A DNA stretch of 63,947 nucleotides, the filler included, from Licmophora abbreviata (Eukaryota), in assembly GCA_900291995.1 (NCBI GenBank). It is 8 parts of 8 records of this genome, joined end to end, with 100 filler letters (N's around TTAATTAATTAA, not from the genome) between each part and the next. Parts side by side here need not be neighbours in the genome. Positions count along the whole stretch, not along the records: positions 42,738 to 58,593 come from OLMU01002558.1; positions 58,694 to 62,777 come from OLMU01002559.1; positions 62,878 to 63,947 come from OLMU01002570.1; 5 more parts are not named here. One strand, 5' to 3'. Below, piece by piece: positions 56,736-63,947 of this stretch; positions within the stretch are counted from its first letter, which is position 1; each line of letters begins with the position of its first letter. The position numbers and the translations under genes were made by a program. The notes below the pieces were generated by a model. That model was not told the origin of the DNA. It saw only the letters and a list, made by a program, of their open reading frames with translations, and searched no databases.

Positions 56736-57443
56736 TCACTTTGGAATGAAGACGATATTGCGAGGGATGGAGGCGCTCTCAAATCCTGAGTCGGTGATGC
56801 CATCGCTGCGGCGCAAGAGGCGATTGCGCTCATCGACAACACGATAAGCCTCTTCATGGTCACCGTTGTTGTATATGACCTGAGCAAGGTGTTCGAGCGC
56901 GAAGAGCACGTCGGGGTGGGACTCGCCATAAAGCTTCTGTTGAGCACGAATAGCATCCCGCCGGGCACGAACGGCGGCGCTTTGACGGGCTCGAATCGCA
57001 GCGCCTGGACAGTCGTCTTCGTTACCAACAACAATGTTCGACTGGGGCGAATCCTTGGATACTTCTTGGGAAGCTCTTGAACCTTGGTTGATGAGCATAG
57101 AGTTGGCGTCTTCTTCAGGGCGGTCCTCCTGAGAAAACGAGTGAGGTGTAGCCGGGATCTTCGACGACACGATGATCGTCGATGCTTGGCTATTCGGAGT
57201 CCGGTTTCTCCGATGCCGAAACAGAGAGCTGGTAGCTTTAGACAATGGGCTTTGAGAGTTTTCGATGTCGTCGAGAAAGGCACCGTGGCGGTCATTCAAT
57301 GGCTCGATTGAGTGTTGCGAACTCAGCGATGCTCCGGATCGCATGGTCTGGTCCAGCGACTTCGTCCGTCGCTTATTGCGTCGAATCCACATCGTTTTTG
57401 CCCCACGAAAGAATGATGGGATCCGTGTTTTCTCAGTGTCCAT
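56736..57443 (-). CDS. Protein with a single kinesin-light-chain-type TPR repeat
   Basis: QQKLYGESHPDVLFALEHLAQVIYNNGDHEEA; the N-terminus is low-complexity. Confidence 0.6.
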   Translation of the reverse strand: MDTEKTRIPSFFRGAKTMWIRRNKRRTKSLDQTMRSGASLSSQHSIEPLNDRHGAFLDDIENSQSPLSKATSSLFRHRRNRTPNSQASTIIVSSKIPATPHSFSQEDRPEEDANSMLINQGSRASQEVSKDSPQSNIVVGNEDDCPGAAIRARQSAAVRARRDAIRAQQKLYGESHPDVLFALEHLAQVIYNNGDHEEAYRVVDERNRLLRRSDGITDSGFESASIPRNIVFIPK

Positions 57444-58221
57444 TCTCACAACTAGCGGGATTAGAGGAACGCAATGCGAACCGGAACAAGGGAGCGGAAC
57501 TGGAGCACACCCAAGCCGAAAGTGCGCTGTGCCGCCGCCATGTTCTTGTCCCGAAACTTCTGGCACTTCGCTTCAAGCTAAAGATGTCGATCCATAAATA
57601 AGACTGTCGCAAAAGAACAGAGAGAGAGCCCACTTGATCACGCTGACCTTCCCGGCTATTGCTTTTACCCTTAGCCCTATGAGGCCTAATTGTCTTCGCA
57701 ATACCGACGACGCTATATTGCGATAGGTACCAGGTAGATACGATCTGAGGAAAAGACACCATCGGCTCTTTGCTGGTTTCGAGGACGATTGTTCAAGCAA
57801 CCAGCAAGAAGAACAAGCAAGAAACCCATGATCGACGAAGAAGAAGACTCGACTCATCAGCGGACGAGGCACTCCTGTTGTTGAGTAATAACTAGTGCTC
57901 TCTGCAATCATGCCCTCTGTGTCAAATAAGGCCCTAGGGTCTAATGATGGATGGCAGTGTAGGTGAGAAAGCCTTCAACTGGCATGTTCTACTCCTAACA
58001 GGAACCCAGCCAGCAGGTAGCCAGCCAGGTATCCTAGCAGCCACAAGCCAGGATCAGCCAGCATAGCTGGTACTCTTCTGAGCTATCAATATCGGTGACT
58101 GGTCGCATTGACATCTGGTTGTGTGCATGAGCTTGGGACTGGAGATGTTGGGCGCTGAGCAATATGACTTGAAACGCTGAACGACCTCTCTGCTGGCCCG
58201 AAAACACTGTTGCAAAAGAAT

Positions 58222-58302
58222 CGGTACAGACAGGGTTCGAACCTGCGCGCCTATCGGCAATGCATTTCAAGTGCATCTCCTTAACCACTCGGACACTGCA
58301 CC
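58222..58302 (-). tRNA. tRNA-Ser (anticodon TGA)
   Basis: Acceptor stem GGTGCAG/CTGTACC with discriminator G, D-loop AGTGGTTAAGG, anticodon arm ATGCA-CTTGAAA-TGCAT, long variable arm GCC-GATA-GGC, T arm GCAGG-TTCGAAC-CCTGT, downstream TTTT. Confidence 0.96.
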
Positions 58303-58531
58303 ATTGCCTCCTCTGACAGTCTAGCACGTGGAGGCAAGAATTTGCTATAACTACTGTAGGATTGTTTCAATAATCAATCGAGCTGTGATGCGAACATCAC
58401 GATGTGTGCACAGTGCAATGGTGATCGTGTTGCCCGTTTTTACGCTCGCACCTAGACGCCGTTGACCATATATTTCCTTGGAAAAGCTTTGGAAAGCGTT
58501 TGACCTGCCTTCTTGAATCTGCAACTGAACA

Positions 58532-59203
58532 ATGCTTTGGAACGACTATTTTTCTGGCTTACTATTGGTGATAGCTTTTGGATACCCGTCAACNNNNNNN
58601 NNNNNNNNNNNNNNNNNNNNNNNNNNNNNNNNNNNNNTTAATTAATTAANNNNNNNNNNNNNNNNNNNNNNNNNNNNNNNNNNNNNNNNNNNNGTCGCAT
58701 TCGTTCACCATCACGCACCGTGCATACGCCATCTCATCCCACCTACTCCATTGACTGACACGATATTTGATCGCAATGAACCCACGACACGTCTCAATCT
58801 CTTCTGGTTCGGGAAAGATGACGAAGCCAAGAAGCGAAAGGGAGATGGCGCGGCGACGTCAGGCTTCGGTGGTGTCGCCCAAGTCATGGACTCGATGGAG
58901 ACTTTCAAGAAGGCTCAGCAGGTGGGCAAGGTCACCGAAAGTATATTACAGGAGCTCTCTGCTCTGAGTGTAGAGGGCAGTGCTGAAGACGGCAAAGTCC
59001 GTGTATTCTTTGACGGAACTCAGAGTCCCAAAAGCGTTGACATTGACGAAGCGTTTATGAGCACAGTACAGGCCGACGACCTGAATGCTGCATTGGCTAC
59101 AGCTATGAAGGAGGCCCACACCAAATCAAAAGAGAAAATGGAAGACAAGATGAAGTCCTTCTACGCCGAACTTGGACTGTCGGGCTCTCCCTCGAACGCG
59201 TGA
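58532..59203 (+). CDS. Plastid-targeted YbaB/EbfC-family (STIC2-like) protein; presequence split by the spacer
   Basis: MLWNDYFSGLLLVIAFGYPS before the gap continues as VAFV... after it. Mature part FKKAQ...VEGSAEDGKVRVFFDGTQSPKSVDID. Confidence 0.82.
58594..58693. other. Assembly spacer
   Basis: N44-TTAATTAATTAA-N44. Confidence 0.99.
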
Positions 59204-59331
59204 ACGGCATACGCAATATCACAACTGTCGAAGACAGGAAACGTATTTACTTGGAGGCCGACGCCATTAAAAAAAATCCGATTAGACGCTAGCAGCATGG
59301 TGGTATGGCAATACATTCTACAGTATTCATA

Positions 59332-60383
59332 TTAGCTACTCGCCAGCTTTTCGTCCTTGTGTAGTCCTCCCGCCAAAAATAGCTTGCCAAAGCCACCACC
59401 GGCGAACTTGTCCACTTGTTCACAGTACGTTCGAATCTGATTGGTGATGAGAAGACTTTCCATTCTCTTGGGGGCATCATTGCTTGCCCATTTCTCGTGC
59501 TTGTTGGCTTCTTCCTCCTTTACTTTTCGTCGGTCTGACCGTCCTCCACGACCACCACGACTGTAGTACTGAAACTTGTTCTGCTCTGCAGCCAAGTCGT
59601 CGACCCAGCTACAAAGAAACTCCAGGTGCTTCTCCAAGTATGGATTGGTGCTCAAATCCAGACGATCCAACGTCGTGTCGACCTTGGCAGGAGTAATGTC
59701 TGCCAGAAGCGCTTGTACCAAGCCAGGGTTGGATAGCTCGACCGGTATCTCTTCAAAAATGCTTTGGGGGTCAAGAAATGCGTTCTTGCCCGCTTTCTTG
59801 AGATTGACGCATTCTTCGGTCAGACGAAGACACTTAAGCACAAGATTCCCACGCGTAGTCTGCATCGGATCGTAGAGGATCACCACAGCATTCGGGCTTA
59901 GATCAGTTTGGTAGGAAAGCTGGTTGTCTAGAAGCGACGAAGTGGAATAAGAGCCGAGATACATACTCTGATACCACCCGACGCAGTTGTTGTCAACATT
60001 GACTTCCCTCAGCATTCGCATCATTTCCAACTGGAACTCATGTCCCTCCAGACCTGCTGCGTCCTCGTCTTTCCCATCGTCAAGGTCGGCCGACCCAGAT
60101 TTGGCAGGCTCCGGAAACGGGAAAGCATGCGTAACCTCCAGAACTCCACTTTTGACTGCGAGTCCTAACAAGGAACCTGTTACCATCTGAGGGAGCGATT
60201 CATGACAGTGTTTTACGATCTTGAGTAGTGCCTGTGTACGAGGATTGTGTTTCGTGACGCAAAAGTGAGCGATTGACGACTGACGCGGATGACGGAGCCT
60301 TGCTGTTTTCTCTCGAGTGAACTCACCAATCCCTCGATACGAATGGACGATATCCTTGATTCGGGCTCGATTATCGCTGCCAT
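59332..60383 (-). CDS. EIF3H: Eukaryotic translation initiation factor 3 subunit H (intron 60232-60326)
   Basis: IRIEGL/ALLKIVKHC, GSLLGL, LEVTHAFPFP, LREVNVDNNCVGWYQS, QLSYQ, YLEKHLEFL. Confidence 0.93.
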
Positions 60384-60711
60384 CTTTCGCCTCTTTGCAA
60401 GACCGCAAGGGGTCTGTCTAATATCAATGAGATGAACAAAAGACGCGGCGCTTGTGGCTTTATGGTGGCGGTGGGCGGCAATGAAAATCAAATCTACGAC
60501 GAAGAATAGGTGTTGAGCTCCTCGTGGAATGTTGTGTAGCCCAGAGCCGCACAATCTATCGTCCTCCGGGTTTTCTCACTCCAATGCTGCACCGCGGGTT
60601 CTGGCATCACACATTTCACATTTCGAACCTCCCTCGTCACCATTGCAACCATAGCGCCGTCCCCTTGAGACCTCATACCAGCAGTATTGAAGAAAGAAGC
60701 ACGAACGAACC

Positions 60712-62601
60712 ATGTCATCGGAGCAGCAAGAACCGACCATCTCGGCGGGAGAGCCGAAGCTTTCCAAGAACGCCTTGAAGAAGAAGCTCAAGGCGGAGCG
60801 CGCTGCTGCCCAAAAGGCGGAAAAGGAGGCTAAGCGGGCGGCCGAAGCTGCGGCCAATCCGAAGAAGCAGAAATCAGACGTCGTCAAAGATGAAGATTTG
60901 GACCCCACTCAGTACAAGGCCAACCGGGAAGCTACAATTCAGCAGCTCGAGAAGGAGGGCATCAACCCGTACCCTCACAAATTTCATGTGGACTACCGTC
61001 TTCCGGACTTCACTACCGAGTTTATGGACAAGACCTCGGACGGAGAACGGATCGAGGACAAGACGGTTTCGGTGGCAGGACGCATTGTGTCAGTCCGCGG
61101 TCAAGGAAAACTCTACTTTTACGATATTCGTGGAGACGGCGCTAAAATCCAGATCATGTCAGACCTCAAGACTTACGCCGGGGGAGAGGAGGCTTTCTAC
61201 AAGATTCACCGAATCATCAAGCCCGGAGACGTAGTTGGCTTGAGCGGATATCCTGGAAAGAGCAAGAAGGGAGAGTTGTCTATTTTCCCTACGGAGATCG
61301 TTCTCTTGTCGCCTTGTCTCCATATGCTTCCATTCCCGAAAGGCGACTCTGCTATGGGAGGTATCACCAATATGGAGACTCGATACCGCCAGCGTTACCT
61401 CGATCTTATCGTCAATGCCGATGTGCGTACGGTCTTTGAGACGCGTTCTCGCACCATCAACTACATTCGTCGATTTCTTGATGATCGTCACTTTATGGAA
61501 GTTGAGACGCCCATGATGAATATGATCCCCGGGGGTGCCGTCGCTCGGCCCTTCGTCACGTATCACAACGACCTGAGCATGGACCTGTACTTGCGCATTG
61601 CACCCGAATTGTATCTCAAGCAACTGGTCGTCGGTGGACTTGACCGTGTATATGAAATTGGCAGACAGTTCCGTAATGAGGGAATCGATCTCACTCACAA
61701 TCCCGAGTTTACGACACTTGAATCGTACGAAGCCTACGCCGACTACGAAGATCTAATGAAGATGTGCGAAGATATGTTAAGTGGGCTTGTCAAGACAATT
61801 ACGGGTGGATATAAAATCCAATACTCACCCAAGCCGGGTTTGGATGAAGTGGAGATCGACTTTACGCCGCCGTTCAAGCGTATTTCCATGATGGAAGGTT
61901 TAGAAAATGCAATGGGAATTAAACTCCCAGCATTGGACGACCCAGAAATTGAACAGAAGCTGGCAGCGATCCTGGAAGAGCGCGATCTAGAATGCACGCC
62001 GCCGCACACCACGGCTCGGCTTTTGGATGAGTTGGTGGGCGAATATCTGGAAAGCAATATCATTCACCCTACTTTCATTACCGAACAACCGGAGATCATG
62101 AGCCCTCTCGCTAAGTACCATCGCTCGAAGAAATTCCTTACGGAACGATTTGAGCTGTTTGCGGCCGGTCGGGAGGTGAGTTACAATATGCTTGAACCGG
62201 ACACTGTACCGACAATGATAGAAAAGCACTGACGATGCTGTGTGCTTGTCTTTCAGCTCGCTAACGCCTATACAGAGTTGAACAACCCGGTTGTCCAGCA
62301 CGAGAGGTTCTTGGAGCAGGCCAAGGCCGGAAGTTCCGGCGACGATGAGGCAATGGTGATGGACGACGCCTTCGTGATTTCTTTGGAGCACGGTCTGCCT
62401 CCTACTGGCGGATTCGGTCTCGGTATTGATCGATTGACGATGTTCTTGACGAACAAGAACAACATTAAAGAAGTGCTACTGTTCCCAGCCATGAAGCCAA
62501 CCGACCAAGACCTGGCCATCATTGCAAACAGTGCTCCAGGCAGACAGAAATCGTCTGTTTCGGACGTTGAAGCAGTCCGCGTAGGAGTAGAAAAGCTGTA
62601 G
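60712..62601 (+). CDS. KARS: Cytosolic class II lysyl-tRNA synthetase (intron 62176-62256)
   Basis: [79 protein letters not shown]. Confidence 0.97.
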
Positions 62602-62777
62602 GAGAACTGAGGGGATGTCCACCAAAATACTTGTAGGATACTGCGTTCTTGATAAATAGGTTCGTTTCGTTACGTGCATGTACCGATTGCCGGTTTTGTG
62701 AAGGCATCCACGTGACAGTGCGACCTGAGTCAAATAAAAAGAAACGAGGGTAGTGTAGTGTGCTATATTAGCCTAGC

Positions 62778-62877
62778 NNNNNNNNNNNNNNNNNNNNNNN
62801 NNNNNNNNNNNNNNNNNNNNNTTAATTAATTAANNNNNNNNNNNNNNNNNNNNNNNNNNNNNNNNNNNNNNNNNNNN
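62778..62877. other. Assembly spacer
   Basis: N44-TTAATTAATTAA-N44. Confidence 0.99.
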
Positions 62878-63947
62878 TAGCCGGCCTTCTTAGGCCTTGC
62901 CAGGCCTGCCAGCTCCTTAAGTGGTATCCCACTCTTATTTCTCCCCCGTCCGCGACGCCTTCCGTCATTGACTCGAACGCCTCCCAAAGTGTCCCCAAAA
63001 CTCCCCACGCCGTCACCTCGGCGGCACCCATGTAAGCTGCAAAAACGGTTAGTACCTCCCACTGTCATCGTAATTGCAACAAGTATCCGCAGAAGAGTGA
63101 GAGAGAAGTAGAGAGAGCGAGAGAGTCAGATCACAGTGCACATCGAGGCGGCAATTATGTGTCTGCGACCACTTGCCTCTCCATACTGAAGGAGGAATCC
63201 AATTGACAGAGGTAGAGCCGTATTGACCACATTCTTGACCGCGCTCCAGTTCTACAAGGTAGTTGGGGACAATTAGAAATAGAGAATGTGCAATAGGATG
63301 CAAAGATAAGCGGCGCAAGTGAAAGACTTACAAGAAGTGCAAATGTGTGAAACATTCCGAATTGATAGCGATCCAACCATTTCTTATACGCCACGAATGC
63401 CAAGCTGAAGCATGTGAAGAATATCGTCGTGACAAAATGAATGAAACCCACAAGTGGTAGAGTCACGTCGTCGTAGAGAAGACTGACGGCAAGGACACTT
63501 ACGAAGCCCACCACATTCTCTGCGGAGCCAACGGCTAGGCAGTACTTTTCGTGTCCAGTCACCTCCAACAGCTCGTGGTAACAATCGCTTACACCTTCCA
63601 GCACCTGCCCTGCGAAAAACCAAGGCGCGAAGTCTCTCGCGATCCCACTAGTTACTTCATCGAAGCCGAGCAGTCTCATAATGTCACCAGAGAAGATAGT
63701 GCCTAGTATGGCGGTTGGAATCATAAAGATTGTGAACAGCAGAGCCCCAATTTGAACATACTGTCCGGTCAGAGTATTGTTCCCTGTTCCCCGTGCTTGT
63801 GGACACAGAACACCCACGGCACCTTGGCACCCTCCAAAGAACTCCGTAGGAAGCCCAAGAATAAGATCGACGATTGTGTATGCAGCAACGGCGCTAGTAC
63901 CAACGTAGCTAGCGATAACGGCCACCGTCAGAGCCTCTGTAAGTCCC
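62878..63947 (-). CDS. MATE family transporter, internal fragment with two introns
   Basis: LCPQARGTGN...GQYVQ, IMRLLGFD, MGAAEVTAW, EGVADGGEIRVGYHL; multiple TM helices. Confidence 0.85.

Noticed and set aside
58222..58302. Possible selenocysteine or suppressor tRNA because of 'TGA' in the loop
   Set aside because: Anticodon TGA reads UCA (Ser). tRNA-Sec would have anticodon TCA and a longer acceptor stem.
62878..62925. Two apparent frameshifts in the MATE gene (expected HLGAGRPGKAKKAGY)
   Set aside because: Both lie within ~45 nt of a contig end and are probably low-quality consensus rather than pseudogenisation.

Overview
Gene-dense eukaryotic nuclear DNA, most likely from a diatom or close photosynthetic stramenopile. 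Evidence: short GT-AG introns mostly ~80-100 nt, bipartite 'signal peptide + AF' plastid presequences, PsbP/PsbQ-like lumen proteins, and diatom-type Cys-rich domains. The window consists of eight contigs joined by seven artificial 100-nt N44-TTAATTAATTAA-N44 spacers, and at least two genes (ERG24 and a YbaB-like gene) run across these spacers. About 35 protein-coding genes and one tRNA-Ser(TGA) are supported. Housekeeping genes include Rab GDI, VPS52, SHPRH, mitochondrial phosphate carrier, ERG24, an NDR kinase, PPIL3, D-lactate dehydrogenase, p24, eIF3h, lysyl-tRNA synthetase and MATE. The most interesting observations are: (1) a USP8/AMSH-type MIT domain joined to an unannotated MINDY/Josephin-like Cys-His-Asp domain, a candidate new endosomal deubiquitinase lying between Rab GDI and VPS52; (2) a tail-to-tail paralogous pair encoding RING-like + Myb-like + NLP-type GAF proteins, candidate ligand (nitrate?)-sensing regulators; (3) a discoidin-like insertion in SHPRH; (4) an NDR kinase whose hydrophobic-motif Thr is replaced by Asn. 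All family calls come from reading motifs by eye. No database searches were run.
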